Origin: Candidatus Peregrinibacteria bacterium
Lineage (GTDB): Bacteria > Patescibacteriota > Gracilibacteria > Peribacterales > Peribacteraceae
Assembly (NCBI GenBank): GCA_016196225.1
Contig: JACPXZ010000025.1
Coordinates: 1,102 to 65,101, forward strand
Direction: 5' to 3'
DNA: 64,000 nt
Shown: positions 1-10,355 of the stretch, piece by piece
Numbering within the stretch: the first letter of the stretch is position 1
How the letters are laid out: every line of letters starts with the position of its first letter
The notes under the pieces: generated by a model
The model's input: only the letters and a program-made list of their open reading frames with translations
Told to the model about the DNA's origin: nothing
The model's database searches: none
Program-made: the position numbers and the translations under genes

Positions 1-1
1 T

Positions 2-793
2 CAACAACATGGTCGATGGTATGTCTGTGCTTTTATTCTCGGTGGACGGGGCATTGCCATTCTTGCGGATTATCGAGTATATCTTCGCGATCTTCTTCGT
101 ATTTTTATCTTCTGGGATGGGAACTTTAGTTTTCTTGGTGGAGTGATTGGTGTTGGTATTGTGCTCTTCGTTGTTACGCGCGAACACCGATCCACATTTT
201 TACAGTGGTTGGATGTTTTGGTGCCATCAGCGGCGCTTGGGATTGGATTCGACTGGCTCGGAAAACTTGCCGCCGGCCAGGCGTACGGCAAGCCGACGGA
301 TATGCCATGGGGAGTGATCTATGATTCGATGAGTGTGCGATACACGGTCCCGGTACATCCGGTACAACTCTATTATGTTCTTTTTTTTCTTCTCCTTACT
401 TTTGTATTGTTGGTTGTACGTAAATACGCTCGTCGCGCCGGAACCGAGACGCTGGTGGGCGTCATATCCGCTGCAGCCGCCGTCCTTGTTTTTGAAAACT
501 TCCGGGGAGATTTTGGAATTCTGGTTTTTGCAGTACTCACGGATTTTTTGATACTCTTGTTTCTCTTTAGTAGTGCGGGTTTCTTGATCCCACGAGTGAA
601 GAACATGTCGTCGATGGTTCTTTTGGGATGGGGTGGAGGGGCAATATTGGTGGTTGGCCTTTATCTTGCGGTACGAGGAATTGTCCCCGTACCGACCGTC
701 GAATTACGCATGTCGCAGTTCCTTGCGGTGTTATCGCTCCTTGCCACCGTTGTGTACGTTATCGTCCACCGGGTTCAGCATCCCCATGTTTGA
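2..793 (+). CDS. lgt: Prolipoprotein diacylglyceryl transferase (5' partial, runs off window)
   Basis: Frame open from base 2; motifs WDGNFSFLGG, YGKPTDMPWGV, HPVQLY. Confidence 0.85.
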   Translation, partial: QQHGRWYVCAFILGGRGIAILADYRVYLRDLLRIFIFWDGNFSFLGGVIGVGIVLFVVTREHRSTFLQWLDVLVPSAALGIGFDWLGKLAAGQAYGKPTDMPWGVIYDSMSVRYTVPVHPVQLYYVLFFLLLTFVLLVVRKYARRAGTETLVGVISAAAAVLVFENFRGDFGILVFAVLTDFLILLFLFSSAGFLIPRVKNMSSMVLLGWGGGAILVVGLYLAVRGIVPVPTVELRMSQFLAVLSLLATVVYVIVHRVQHPHV

Positions 794-825
794 ATTGATC
801 TTTTTAGTTGTTGTATACTTCGATC

Positions 826-1206
826 GTGCTTGCTCAAATATTACCTTTGCTCCAAACCACTATCCTCGCTTTTTTTTCAGAGGATCCCGTTTTTCGGTTG
901 ATGCAGGGAGGATTGCTCCTCATCGGACTTGTTGATGTTTTTCTGTTATTTTGGACTCTGCGGGATGCCCTTATGCGATCCCAGTCGCTTCTGTTCCAAA
1001 TGTGCGCGCTTGTGATGGTTTTTGCGCTGCCGTTTGCCGGATTTCTTTTGTATCTTCTTATTCGTCCGTCATCAACGTTGCGAGAACGATCGATTGTGCA
1101 AATGGTGGAGCAGGTTCTCGAAACATATCAAAAGAACATGTTGCAGTCACAGAAGAAGGGGGCGCATGCACAAAAGAAAACCGCTTCGGTCATTTCTTCC
1201 TCCTAA
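826..1206 (+). CDS. Small membrane protein
   Basis: ORF 808-1206, 2-3 TM segments ending LLYLLIRP; GTG 826 chosen because TATACT lies 6 nt upstream. Confidence 0.6.
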   Translation: MLAQILPLLQTTILAFFSEDPVFRLMQGGLLLIGLVDVFLLFWTLRDALMRSQSLLFQMCALVMVFALPFAGFLLYLLIRPSSTLRERSIVQMVEQVLETYQKNMLQSQKKGAHAQKKTASVISSS

Positions 1207-1210
1207 TCCG

Positions 1211-1618
1211 ATGGATATTTTTGTGTATTTATTTTGGCCGAATCCCGGAAATGCGTTTTATTCGAGTCCGAAAGTTATCGCCATCCTAACATTTTGTGCG
1301 ATACTCGTGGTCGGGTCTTTTGTGATCCGGTGGTGGCGGCATCATGAACACATTGCCCGTCGTCGGTTGCTCAGTCGATCGTGGCCTATGGCCTCTCTTT
1401 GGTTTGGATTATCAGGATTGGTTCTTATTGTTGCACGCGTAGAGCAGATTCAGTTTGTCGCGATGCGACTGTGGTGGGTGATATGGGGGGTGGCGATTGT
1501 GCTCTATATGTGGTTTCAGGTGAAGAACTGGCATCTAAAGTATTACGAAGTTCTTCCGCAGGAACGACAGCGCAACCCGATGGAAAAATATCTTCCTCGA
1601 CGAAAGCCCCGTCGGTAG
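1211..1618 (+). CDS. Membrane protein, hypothetical
   Basis: ATG 1211 in the frame of ORF 1022-1618; 3 TM segments; basic C-terminus KYLPRRKPRR. Confidence 0.65.
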   Translation: MDIFVYLFWPNPGNAFYSSPKVIAILTFCAILVVGSFVIRWWRHHEHIARRRLLSRSWPMASLWFGLSGLVLIVARVEQIQFVAMRLWWVIWGVAIVLYMWFQVKNWHLKYYEVLPQERQRNPMEKYLPRRKPRR

Positions 1619-1633
1619 TATCCTATACTTGCT

Positions 1634-2542
1634 ATGCGTCGGACGGTTACTTATAAAGAGATCACATGGCATGACGATCCGGATCCGCAGGAGAAACCGC
1701 TGCGCGTGTTACAGGAACAGTACGGGTTCCACGAGTTGGACATCGAGGATGTGCTCAGTATGCACGAGCGGCCCAAGATCGAAGAATATCCTGATTATCT
1801 TTTCCTCGTATTCCATGTGCCGTATCTCAAGTCCGGGCGTATCCTCAAAGAAGAGGTAAATGTGTTCCTCGGATCGAGTTATGTGGCGAGTTTTCATCAA
1901 GGCAAGATCGCCGCACTTGATCGGTTATGGCATAGTCTCAATGAATCGGAGACCGCGCGTAAAGAATACATGGAACGCGGGACCGGATTTTTACTCTATG
2001 AGATTATGTACGTCCTCTTCCAGGAGGGATTTTCCATGCTTGATGAGATCACGACGCATTTGCGGCGGATTGAGACCGCATTGTTTGAAAGTGAGGATCA
2101 GGTCGATCTTTTACGGGATATCCTTACGTTGCATCGCAATATTATTACCATGCGCAGTGTGCTCTTTCCCCAGAGAACATTGATTGCACTTCTTGAGCAT
2201 AAGAATAAAAAGTTCATTCCGGACGAATTGGAACTCTACTTCGACGATATTTTGGATGCCATTGAACGCCAATGGTCGTTTTTGGAGACATCGAAGGAAA
2301 TGAGCGAGGTCCTTGAGCAAACACACAAAACATGGTTGGCACATAGAACGAATGCCGTTATGCGGATCCTCACGGTCTTCTCGGTGACGCTCCTCCCTCT
2401 CAATGTGGTGACAGGAATCTATGGGATGAATGTGGGACTTCCGCTCCAGGAGCATCCATCTATGTTTTTCCTTCTTTCTACTGTTTTGTGTCTCATGATG
2501 GGGGGATCTCTGTGGTACTTCTGGCGAAAGCGATGGTTATAA
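1634..2542 (+). CDS. corA: CorA family Mg2+ transporter
   Basis: GIYGMN signature between two C-terminal TM helices; HERPKIEEY. Confidence 0.9.
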   Translation: MRRTVTYKEITWHDDPDPQEKPLRVLQEQYGFHELDIEDVLSMHERPKIEEYPDYLFLVFHVPYLKSGRILKEEVNVFLGSSYVASFHQGKIAALDRLWHSLNESETARKEYMERGTGFLLYEIMYVLFQEGFSMLDEITTHLRRIETALFESEDQVDLLRDILTLHRNIITMRSVLFPQRTLIALLEHKNKKFIPDELELYFDDILDAIERQWSFLETSKEMSEVLEQTHKTWLAHRTNAVMRILTVFSVTLLPLNVVTGIYGMNVGLPLQEHPSMFFLLSTVLCLMMGGSLWYFWRKRWL

Positions 2543-2597
2543 GATTTGTTCAGAGGGTTTGACATATTCTCACCCATAAAGGAAAATAAACTGTCCT

Positions 2598-3461
2598 ATG
2601 CCCCTCAAGCATTCGACGGAGACGCTTCTGATCGTGGTCCTTGGTATCCTGTTTTTCATCACGGGCGCGATATTGGATATTTTGCCGTCGCTCCCGGAGG
2701 GAACGGTGCTGTGGGGGGTGGCATGGGCCGGGAGTGTTGCCTATCCGCTTCTTTTATATCCTGTTCTCAAAGAACGGCGTGCAGATTATCCTTTTCGCGT
2801 TTTGCATTTTGTCCCAATGGGCATGCTTCTCCTGTGGTTGATACTGGAGATCGCATCATTTTACCGTCCGGAAGTTACCTTTGCGGTTTTGTGGTATACG
2901 TGGGGATGGTCAGCCGGGGTTGTCACCATCGGTTTTGCAGCGCTTATCGGTTTTTCGTGGCATGTGCTTCGGCAACGGACTCTGCGTGTCGCGGTTCTTA
3001 CATTACTCTTTATATCATTCGTGACGTTGGGTGCCATGGGAGAATTTGTACCAGTGCGTTCCTCTGTACTGGGGGTATTCTCGGAGGTGGCGCTCCTTGC
3101 CAATGTTCTTAAGCTTTCTCCTCTCGTTGAGGATGAGGCGATGAATGAAAAGAATCTCATTGCGTCTGATGACTACGAAGAAGAAGCATGGCGGATGAGA
3201 CTCCGACGAATGGAGCGACGGGAGGATCGCATTATCGTCGCATCGAGCAGTCGCAGCACCGAGCCTCCGCTTGTGCGTGAACCGCAGAAGAATGTTCTCA
3301 TCACTCGTGATACGCCGGTGGAATACGGTGATAAAGCAGAACCGCCGCCGAATCTCACATCATCTGGGATGATGGGGGGAATGGATATCTTGGGGGTCAT
3401 GATGATTGCGGGATATTGTGGAATGGTGCATCGGAGAATGAAGAGAGTTTGTAGTTTGTAG
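2598..3461 (+). CDS. Multi-pass membrane protein, hypothetical
   Basis: 287 aa, about 5 N-terminal TMs, charged linker, hydrophobic tail. Confidence 0.65.
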   Translation: MPLKHSTETLLIVVLGILFFITGAILDILPSLPEGTVLWGVAWAGSVAYPLLLYPVLKERRADYPFRVLHFVPMGMLLLWLILEIASFYRPEVTFAVLWYTWGWSAGVVTIGFAALIGFSWHVLRQRTLRVAVLTLLFISFVTLGAMGEFVPVRSSVLGVFSEVALLANVLKLSPLVEDEAMNEKNLIASDDYEEEAWRMRLRRMERREDRIIVASSSRSTEPPLVREPQKNVLITRDTPVEYGDKAEPPPNLTSSGMMGGMDILGVMMIAGYCGMVHRRMKRVCSL

Positions 3462-3469
3462 TTTGTAGT
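3446..3469. repeat. Heptamer tandem repeat (AGTTTGT)x3 containing the stop codon of the upstream gene
   Basis: agtttgt agtttgt agtttgt ag. Confidence 0.8.
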
Positions 3470-3485
3470 GTGTAGGATAATGGGG

Positions 3486-4751
3486 ATGGCAAATATCTCG
3501 ATTCTCCATGCCCGCCAAATCCTCGACTCCCGCGGGAACCCGACGGTGGAGGTTGAATGCACCCTTGATGACGGGTCGTTTGGGCGTGCAGCGGTCCCGT
3601 CGGGTGCGTCGACTGGTACCCATGAGGCGATGGAACTACGGGATGGGGATAAGAAAAATTATCTCGGGAAGTCTGTACAAAAGGCGGTGGCCAATGTAAA
3701 TGGGGTCATATTCAAAAGATTAAAAGGTGAGTCTGTGACGGATCAGCGAACCATCGATCAGGTCTTGATCGATCTCGATGGAACTTTAAACAAAGGGAGA
3801 CTCGGGGCAAATGCGATCCTTGGGGTCTCGATGGCAGTGGCCCGAGCGCGTGCGGGGAGTGAGGAGCGGCCCCTGTGGCAGTCTCTGGCACAGCAATTTG
3901 AAGTTGAACGTATTGGCTTGCTCCCTGTGCCACAGATGAATGTTGTCAATGGCGGGAAGCATGCAGATTCGGGATTATCTTTTCAGGAATGCATGATTGT
4001 ACCGATCGGGTTCGATCGATTTAGCGATGCACTCCGTGCGGGGGTAGAGACCTTCCATACACTCAAAACACTTCTTAAAGATGCCGGGCATATTACGGCG
4101 GTGGGGGATGAAGGGGGATTCGCGCCAAGGGTAAAAGATAGTCGAGAAGCATTCGGTTGGTTACTTGCAGCGATCGAAAAAGCGGGATACATGGGGAAAA
4201 TAAAAATAGCGATCGACGCAGCCGCATCTGAATTTTGTAAGGATGGGAAGTATGCCGTGGATGATCGGATGTTCTCGGCGAGTGAACTTATCGATTACTA
4301 TGCAGAATTAACTGATGGATATTCCATTATTTCCATCGAAGACAGTCACAGCGAAGAGGATTGGGATGGGTTTGTTGGCATGAATAAAAAACTTGGAGGT
4401 AGGTTGCAGCTTGTTGGGGATGACTTACTGGTCACGAATACCGAGCGGATCAAGAAGGGGATTACACAAAAGGCAGGGAATGCGGTACTGATCAAGTTGA
4501 ATCAAATCGGGACTGTCTCAGAAACCGTCGATGCGGTAAAACTCGCACAAAAAAGCGGATGGAAGACCATCATCAGTCATCGGAGCGGCGAAACCGAGGA
4601 TACCTTCATCGCGCATCTTGCTGTTGGGTTGAATGCGGGACAAATCAAAACTGGCGCCCCTTCGCGCACCGATCGCATTTGCAAATACAATCAATTGTTG
4701 CGCATTGAAGAGCAATTGGGGAAGAAGGCCAAATATGAGTCTCCGTTTTAG
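3486..4751 (+). CDS. eno: Enolase
   Basis: [38 protein letters not shown]. Confidence 0.98.
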   Translation: MANISILHARQILDSRGNPTVEVECTLDDGSFGRAAVPSGASTGTHEAMELRDGDKKNYLGKSVQKAVANVNGVIFKRLKGESVTDQRTIDQVLIDLDGTLNKGRLGANAILGVSMAVARARAGSEERPLWQSLAQQFEVERIGLLPVPQMNVVNGGKHADSGLSFQECMIVPIGFDRFSDALRAGVETFHTLKTLLKDAGHITAVGDEGGFAPRVKDSREAFGWLLAAIEKAGYMGKIKIAIDAAASEFCKDGKYAVDDRMFSASELIDYYAELTDGYSIISIEDSHSEEDWDGFVGMNKKLGGRLQLVGDDLLVTNTERIKKGITQKAGNAVLIKLNQIGTVSETVDAVKLAQKSGWKTIISHRSGETEDTFIAHLAVGLNAGQIKTGAPSRTDRICKYNQLLRIEEQLGKKAKYESPF

Positions 4752-4758
4752 CGATGTG

Positions 4759-4797
4759 GCTTGCCGGCCGTAGCTCGCGTAAGCGAGCGAAGGCTGG
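4759..4797 (-). repeat. Palindromic element family C fused to tRNA-Pro CCA
   Basis: GCTTGCCGGCCGTAGCTCGCGTAAGCGAGCGAAGGCTGG; homologous to 55593-55626 and 56171-56201. Confidence 0.85.
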
Positions 4798-4870
4798 TCG
4801 GGGTGGAGAGACTCGAACTCTCGGCTTCCAGACCCCCAGCCTGGCGGTCTACCAACTGACCTACACCCCG
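4795..4870 (-). tRNA. tRNA-Pro(GGG)
   Basis: Cloverleaf CGGGGTG..CACCCCG-ACCA; anticodon arm CCAGG-CTGGGGG-TCTGG; GTTCGAG T-loop. Confidence 0.95.
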
Positions 4871-4996
4871 TAACTGCAGTATACATCGCCTCTTGCTCAA
4901 GTTCTGCGGGTGTGCTTTGATGGAGTCTTTTCTGTGAAGAGTATTGCAATTATATTAAAAATGTTATATAATGATAAGTTCATATTTGGATCTCTT

Positions 4997-6289
4997 ATGA
5001 CCCTCTCACAACCCGACATTTCCGCAGCAGCCAAAGCAATTGAGGAGCATCACCGCATCCTGATCACTCCGCATGCAAACGTGGATCCGGATGGTTTGTC
5101 AAGTGCGTTGGCGCTTTATCATATGCTCAGGGCATTGGGGAAAGATGCAACGGTGATCTGCCCGGACACTCTGCCGGAGTCCCTTAATTTTCTCCCGGGT
5201 TTTGCGGCACTCGAAGAGGGGGTGAAAGAATCGGAAAATTTTGTCGTCACGATCAATCTGGAGGATGGGATCGAAGTCGATAAGCTCCGTTATACAGTGG
5301 AAGATAACAAGGTGAACATCATCGTGGTGCCCCGCAAGGGGCGGATAAAACCGTCACAGGTTCAACTGGGAGCAGGGGAGCGCCCGTATGATCTGATTAT
5401 CGTGATCGATACGGCAGATCTCACTCTCTTGGGATCACTCTATACCGATCATATTGATCTCTTCTCGGAGGTCCCGATTCTTAATATCGATCATCACATC
5501 AGTAATACTCGCTTTGGTCAGATTCAACTGATTGATCCCACGGCGGCGTCTGCAACGGAAGTGCTCTATCAATGGTTTATGCAGATCCCTTTTTATAAGG
5601 AACAGATCACACCGGATCTCGCCACCCTTCTCCTCACGGGGCTCATCACCGATACGCGGAGCTTTCAGAATCCGAATACCACGCCGCGCTCGCTCGAAGT
5701 CGCGGCCGATCTCCTCGATCGCGGGGCGCGTCAGCAGGAAATCATTCAGCATATTTATAAAACGAAGCCTCTTTCGACATTACGTATCTGGGGACGGGCA
5801 TTGAACCATCTCCAAATTGATGCGGAGGCAGGAGTGGTGTGGTCCGCAATATCCGAGGAGGATCTCACGGAGATGGGGGCTGATCCGAAGGAGACGAGCG
5901 GAATCCTGGATGAACTGATCTCGACCATCCCCGGAGCGCATATCTATATTCTCTTTACCGAAGTCGCTGAAAAGAATCTTAAAGCAAGTGCCCGCTCGAG
6001 CGCGGAAGTTGATATCAGTCAGCTCGCGGGGAAGCTTTTTGGGGGCGGAGGACATGCGCGGGCGGCAGGATTCAAACGATCCGGATACTCTAACTTTCAA
6101 TTGGAAGTGCTGGAGTGTGTACAGAGGATCAAAGAGGCATTGAAAAAAGAAGAGGTTTCCGAGAATTTGGAAATCCCAATCACCAATCACCAATCACCAA
6201 ATAAATCCCAAATCCCAAATCCCAAACCTGCTCAACCTACAAAACCTTCCGGTCCCATTGATATCATCAAAGAGCTTGGTTCGAGTTAA
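4997..6289 (+). CDS. DHH/DHHA1 phosphoesterase (NrnA-like)
   Basis: HANVDPDG, IDHH, GLITDT, GGGHARAAG. Confidence 0.9.
   Translation: MTLSQPDISAAAKAIEEHHRILITPHANVDPDGLSSALALYHMLRALGKDATVICPDTLPESLNFLPGFAALEEGVKESENFVVTINLEDGIEVDKLRYTVEDNKVNIIVVPRKGRIKPSQVQLGAGERPYDLIIVIDTADLTLLGSLYTDHIDLFSEVPILNIDHHISNTRFGQIQLIDPTAASATEVLYQWFMQIPFYKEQITPDLATLLLTGLITDTRSFQNPNTTPRSLEVAADLLDRGARQQEIIQHIYKTKPLSTLRIWGRALNHLQIDAEAGVVWSAISEEDLTEMGADPKETSGILDELISTIPGAHIYILFTEVAEKNLKASARSSAEVDISQLAGKLFGGGGHARAAGFKRSGYSNFQLEVLECVQRIKEALKKEEVSENLEIPITNHQSPNKSQIPNPKPAQPTKPSGPIDIIKELGSS
6171..6226. repeat. In-frame heptamer repeats (CAATCAC, AAATCCC) in the DHH C-terminal tail
   Basis: aaatcccaatcaccaatcaccaatcaccaaataaatcccaaatcccaaatcccaaa, encoding IPITNHQSPNKSQIPNPK. 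Confidence 0.8.
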
Positions 6290-6293
6290 GGTA

Positions 6294-6389
6294 CCCCTCC
6301 CTTTGGGAGGGGATTAAGGGGAGGGGGTAGGGGCACATGTAAATTTTGATACGAGCCCCCCCTCCTTTATCCTCCCCCGTCGGGGGAGG
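6294..6389. repeat. Family A palindromic element, inverted doublet
   Basis: CCCCTCCCTTTGGGAGGGGATTAAGGGGAGGGGG, 28 nt spacer, then an inverted copy ending TCCTCCCCCGTCGGGGGAGG. Confidence 0.85.
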
Positions 6390-6454
6390 TATCCTGCTAG
6401 GCTTCTTTTCGGAGAAATATCTGATATGCTGGAATCGGCTTTTCAATAAGCATT

Positions 6455-8665
6455 ATGCGCCTTGTACAAGTCGCGAAAGCATTGGGTATGAGTGGACAGG
6501 ATCTGCGACATGAGCTCGGACTCGTCGATTTTGGCGTTAAGCCATCCGACCGGGAAATCCCTGACAATCTTGCACAGGGGGTCGCGCGATATCTTGCGCG
6601 CAAACATAAGCTGACCGTGGATTTTTCGATTTTTGGAGGAGAGGGGATTGGAGAGTCCCCTACAGTTTCTACGGATCATGTAAAGGAAGCTCCTTCTTCG
6701 GAGAGACCATCGGAGGCGGCGCCGGCAAAAGAAATCCATATTCTCCGTAAACTCACGCTCGATGATGTCCCGCGTTCCAGGATTGCTCCGTCACCCAAAC
6801 CGAAAGCGAAGCTGAGCAAGGAGGAACAAGAGGAACTCTTACGGGAAAAGCGTGCTCAAACCCTTCTTGCCAAAAAGCAGGCCGAAAACATTCCTCAAGA
6901 GCAGATCAAAAAAAAGGAAGGATCAGTGATTCTTCCTGTCCAGATTACCGTGAAGGAATTTTCGGAGAAGGCCGGCGTCCAGATCCCTTTGGTAATTCAG
7001 GTTCTCATGAAGAACGGGATCATGGCGACGGTAAACCAGTCCATCGATTATGACACCGCAGCGATTATCGCAGCGGATCTTGGGGTGACCGTGGAGCGTG
7101 AGGAAAGCGGTGTTAAAGTGGAGGATATTTTTAGCCGCAATCTTGAGGAACTCATCAAGGACGATGCGGAAAATCTGACCGAACGTTCTCCGATTGTCGT
7201 GGTGATGGGGCATGTGGACCATGGAAAAACCGCTATTCTGGATGCGATCCGGGAGACTGATGTGGTGAAGGGGGAAGCAGGGGGGATCACGCAGCATATC
7301 GGGGCATATCAGGTGGAACATGATGGGAAGCGCATCACGTTTTTGGATACTCCGGGACACGAAGCCTTTACGGCGATGCGGGCCCGTGGAGCGCAAGTGA
7401 CGGATATCGCGGTGATTGTGGTATCGGCGGAGGAGGGGGTTAAGGCGACGACGATTGAGGCGATCAATCATGCAAAGGATGCGGAGGTGCCGATCATTGT
7501 GGCGATCAATAAGATCGATAAGCCCAATGCGGATATTGATCGGGTAAAGGGAGAGATTGCGTCCCAAGGACTACAACCGGAAGAATGGGGAGGAAAAACT
7601 CCGGTAGTCCTCTGTTCGGCACTCACCAAACAGGGAATCAAGGATCTCCTTGATCATATTTTGCTTGTTGCAGAACTGCATGGGTTTAAGGCCAATCCTA
7701 ACCGTCGTGCGATTGCAACGGTGATCGAGAGTCATTTGGATGCATCCATGGGGGCGCTGGCAACTGTGATCGTGAATACGGGGACGCTGCGTGTCGGGGA
7801 TGCCTTTGTCTGTGGCGGGACGGCGGGGAAGATCCGTGCCATGATGGATGCGCGAGGGGGGAGATTGGATAGTGTCCTTCCTTCCGGTGCGGTACGCGTG
7901 TCGGGCTTTCAGGGGATTCCCGACGTGGGTGATATTTTGCAGGTACTGTCATCTGAGCGCGAAGCAAAAGAACTTCTCAAAGAGTTGGTGGAACGTCGTC
8001 AAAGCCAAAAGAAGCGGAGTTTCATTGATCTGGTGTCGAGATTGTCAGAAGGGAAGGTCCTCCAATTAAAAGTTGTTCTCAAAGCGGATACATTTGGATC
8101 ACTGGAGGCAATCCGGATGGCGCTCGAGCGTCAGGCGACGAGTGAGACCAGCGCCAAGGTGATTCACAGCGCGCTCGGGGCGGTATCCGAGAGTGATGTG
8201 ATGATGGCCGCCGCGAGTGATGGGGTGGTGATTGCATTCAATGTTCCTGTCCCGACGGGTGTCCGTGAGACGGCGGATCACGAAGGGGTTTCGATCCGAG
8301 AGTACGATATCATCTATAAACTCCTGGAAGAGGTGGGAGAATTGTTGCAGGGTCTGCTGGAGCCGGAGGAACTCGATCGCGTCGTTGGACATCTGGACGT
8401 AAAAGGAGTGTTTTATTCGCATAAGAACGAGCAGGTTGTCGGGGGTAAAGTTCTCGATGGACTTATCAAGCGCGTTCTCTTTAAGGTGATGCGAGAAGGG
8501 AAGGAAGTGGGGACCGGGCGGATCACCTCTCTCAAGCATGTGGAGAAGGATATTAAAGAAGCCAAAGAGGGATCAGAGTGCGGGATGCGTGTTGAGACCA
8601 ATACTCCCATTATTATCGGGGATACATTGGAGGTTTTTGCGAAGGAGTTTAAGAAGAAGAAATAG
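6455..8665 (+). CDS. infB: Translation initiation factor IF-2
   Basis: [30 protein letters not shown]. Confidence 0.98.
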   Translation: MRLVQVAKALGMSGQDLRHELGLVDFGVKPSDREIPDNLAQGVARYLARKHKLTVDFSIFGGEGIGESPTVSTDHVKEAPSSERPSEAAPAKEIHILRKLTLDDVPRSRIAPSPKPKAKLSKEEQEELLREKRAQTLLAKKQAENIPQEQIKKKEGSVILPVQITVKEFSEKAGVQIPLVIQVLMKNGIMATVNQSIDYDTAAIIAADLGVTVEREESGVKVEDIFSRNLEELIKDDAENLTERSPIVVVMGHVDHGKTAILDAIRETDVVKGEAGGITQHIGAYQVEHDGKRITFLDTPGHEAFTAMRARGAQVTDIAVIVVSAEEGVKATTIEAINHAKDAEVPIIVAINKIDKPNADIDRVKGEIASQGLQPEEWGGKTPVVLCSALTKQGIKDLLDHILLVAELHGFKANPNRRAIATVIESHLDASMGALATVIVNTGTLRVGDAFVCGGTAGKIRAMMDARGGRLDSVLPSGAVRVSGFQGIPDVGDILQVLSSEREAKELLKELVERRQSQKKRSFIDLVSRLSEGKVLQLKVVLKADTFGSLEAIRMALERQATSETSAKVIHSALGAVSESDVMMAAASDGVVIAFNVPVPTGVRETADHEGVSIREYDIIYKLLEEVGELLQGLLEPEELDRVVGHLDVKGVFYSHKNEQVVGGKVLDGLIKRVLFKVMREGKEVGTGRITSLKHVEKDIKEAKEGSECGMRVETNTPIIIGDTLEVFAKEFKKKK

Positions 8666-8667
8666 TA

Positions 8668-8707
8668 TTCCCTCTCCCAATGGGGAGAGGGCCAGGGAGA
8701 GGGGGTC
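8668..8707 (+). repeat. Family A palindromic element
   Basis: TTCCCTCTCCCAATGGGGAGAGGGCCAGGGAGAGGGGGTC, 2 nt after the infB stop. Confidence 0.9.
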
Positions 8708-8712
8708 CTTAT

Positions 8713-8899
8713 GCATTTGCGTACGCAATGCTTTTTTCCACCTTTTTCCGGCGAAAAAGGTGGAGCCAAAACGCCGGCGCGCCAGAGCTGACTCCGCCCG
8801 GCCATGTGCCGACTCGTCGAATCCTCCAGGGATTCGGATTCGCCTCGTCGGCGCGCTAAAGCGCGGCATGGCCTTCCCCTTCACCCCCTGTGGCGCGCC
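8713..8899. other. Multi-stem structured element (ncRNA or MITE-like)
   Basis: Two hairpins, then nested stems 8776-84/8891-99, 8800-06/8867-73, 8808-13/8847-52, 8818-24/8830-36. Confidence 0.55.
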
Positions 8900-8945
8900 A
8901 ACCCCTCCGTTAAGTAAGCTGTGAAAAACAATATAAAAAACAGAT

Positions 8946-9011
8946 ACATGTCACCCTGAGGTGCGACGAACGCAGTGAGGAGCCTCGAAGGGGCATAAAA
9001 CGAATATTCCT
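8946..9011 (+). repeat. Family B palindromic element (long form)
   Basis: 66 bp, 64/66 identical to the reverse complement of 27680-27745. Confidence 0.92.
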
Positions 9012-10331
9012 CTATGCCACATTCGGTGGTAGTTGTGGCTGTGGGGGTTGCTGCGGTTGAACTTGTCGCCATGTGCCGGTCTCGATAGAACTAAGAGCGA
9101 GTTCTCGGGCATCGCGGTTGCTGCGAAGTGCCGACAAATTCTCGGTGAGCCGGAGAAATTCCTCTGGATTCTCGATAATCATGCGATAGAGCGCGCGGTC
9201 GGTTTGGTTGAGCGTTGCGGGATCAATATTTCCTTCGGGCGTTCGTCCGATTTGGCCACTGGCAAGACTTTCGAAGAGATCGCGTTTGATCTGGTCGGTG
9301 AGTCGCGGGGTGTCGGTTGCACTCCGTCCGGTGAGAAAACGGGCGGTGCGTCCGGGGTGGGCAGCGACAAATGCTTGTAATGCTCGATTATTTCCCTGTA
9401 TGACCTGTTCACCAACAATGCGCCAGGCACCGCCTCGGATGTCGTACCGGTCGACAAGGTCTTGAACGAGCGCGCGGGTTCGATTCGCGGTATCGAGAGA
9501 ACGTTGCTCGGCGGGCTTGAGGAATCCGGGGTTCGCGGCGAAGAATGCCCCACCGGCCATGAGGAGCGTCGCCGTAGGCGAGCTTTTGTTGCGGAGACTG
9601 ATGACGCCATTGATGATCGCGCCGACACTCAATGCAAGAAATACCGCGAGACGACCGAATTTTCCCATTGCCTGATCCACTTGGCTTCGTGGTCGGAGCC
9701 ACTGCTGCATATTGTTGACATCAAGCGTGGTGGAATACGCGATGATTTTCTGTTTGAGATTTTCCAAAAATTGCTGCTGCTCGGGAGTTGTTTGTCCTTT
9801 GAGGCTCTCAAGATAATCAATGTCATCTTTCACCTTAGGTGCATCGATAATGCAGCCGATGTTGGTGTTCCCGGTCATCGCTTGCGTAATGAGACCGGAT
9901 TGCTCGGAGACACGTCGCAGGTACGTTTGTGGAGGAAAGGTAATGTTGGTAAGTTTACCATTGCCGTCACGGATGGGTTCTGGAGGAGTCGCGCCGAGAC
10001 AATCGAGGATTTGATTCATCCGGGTGTTACTGAGAGGACCGGAAAGTTGTGTGCGCATCTGTTGAACTTCTGGCTGGAGGGCAGTGTGCTGCGCACGTGC
10101 GAGATCAAAGATCGCATGTTGGTAATGCTGGCGTCGTTCTCCGACATACTCCTCAAGTGTTTTCACGCGTTGCTGATCAGACATACTCTGTACTTGGTTT
10201 AGCGTTTGCTGATCACTCTGAATATTCACGGTATTGCTAAGATTATTCAGTTGTGGACCGAATTGCTGCTGAATCCTCAGCATTTCCGGGGGTTGAATGC
10301 CGGGGCGGTTGGATGGAGTATTGGAAGCCAT
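9012..10331 (-). CDS. Hypothetical protein with central TM hairpin, Gln/Pro-rich termini
   Basis: 439 aa ORF co-oriented with the upstream membrane protein. Confidence 0.7.
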   Translation of the reverse strand: MASNTPSNRPGIQPPEMLRIQQQFGPQLNNLSNTVNIQSDQQTLNQVQSMSDQQRVKTLEEYVGERRQHYQHAIFDLARAQHTALQPEVQQMRTQLSGPLSNTRMNQILDCLGATPPEPIRDGNGKLTNITFPPQTYLRRVSEQSGLITQAMTGNTNIGCIIDAPKVKDDIDYLESLKGQTTPEQQQFLENLKQKIIAYSTTLDVNNMQQWLRPRSQVDQAMGKFGRLAVFLALSVGAIINGVISLRNKSSPTATLLMAGGAFFAANPGFLKPAEQRSLDTANRTRALVQDLVDRYDIRGGAWRIVGEQVIQGNNRALQAFVAAHPGRTARFLTGRSATDTPRLTDQIKRDLFESLASGQIGRTPEGNIDPATLNQTDRALYRMIIENPEEFLRLTENLSALRSNRDARELALSSIETGTWRQVQPQQPPQPQLPPNVA

Positions 10332-10355
10332 GAAAATAGTGGTGTGTATGGAAGG

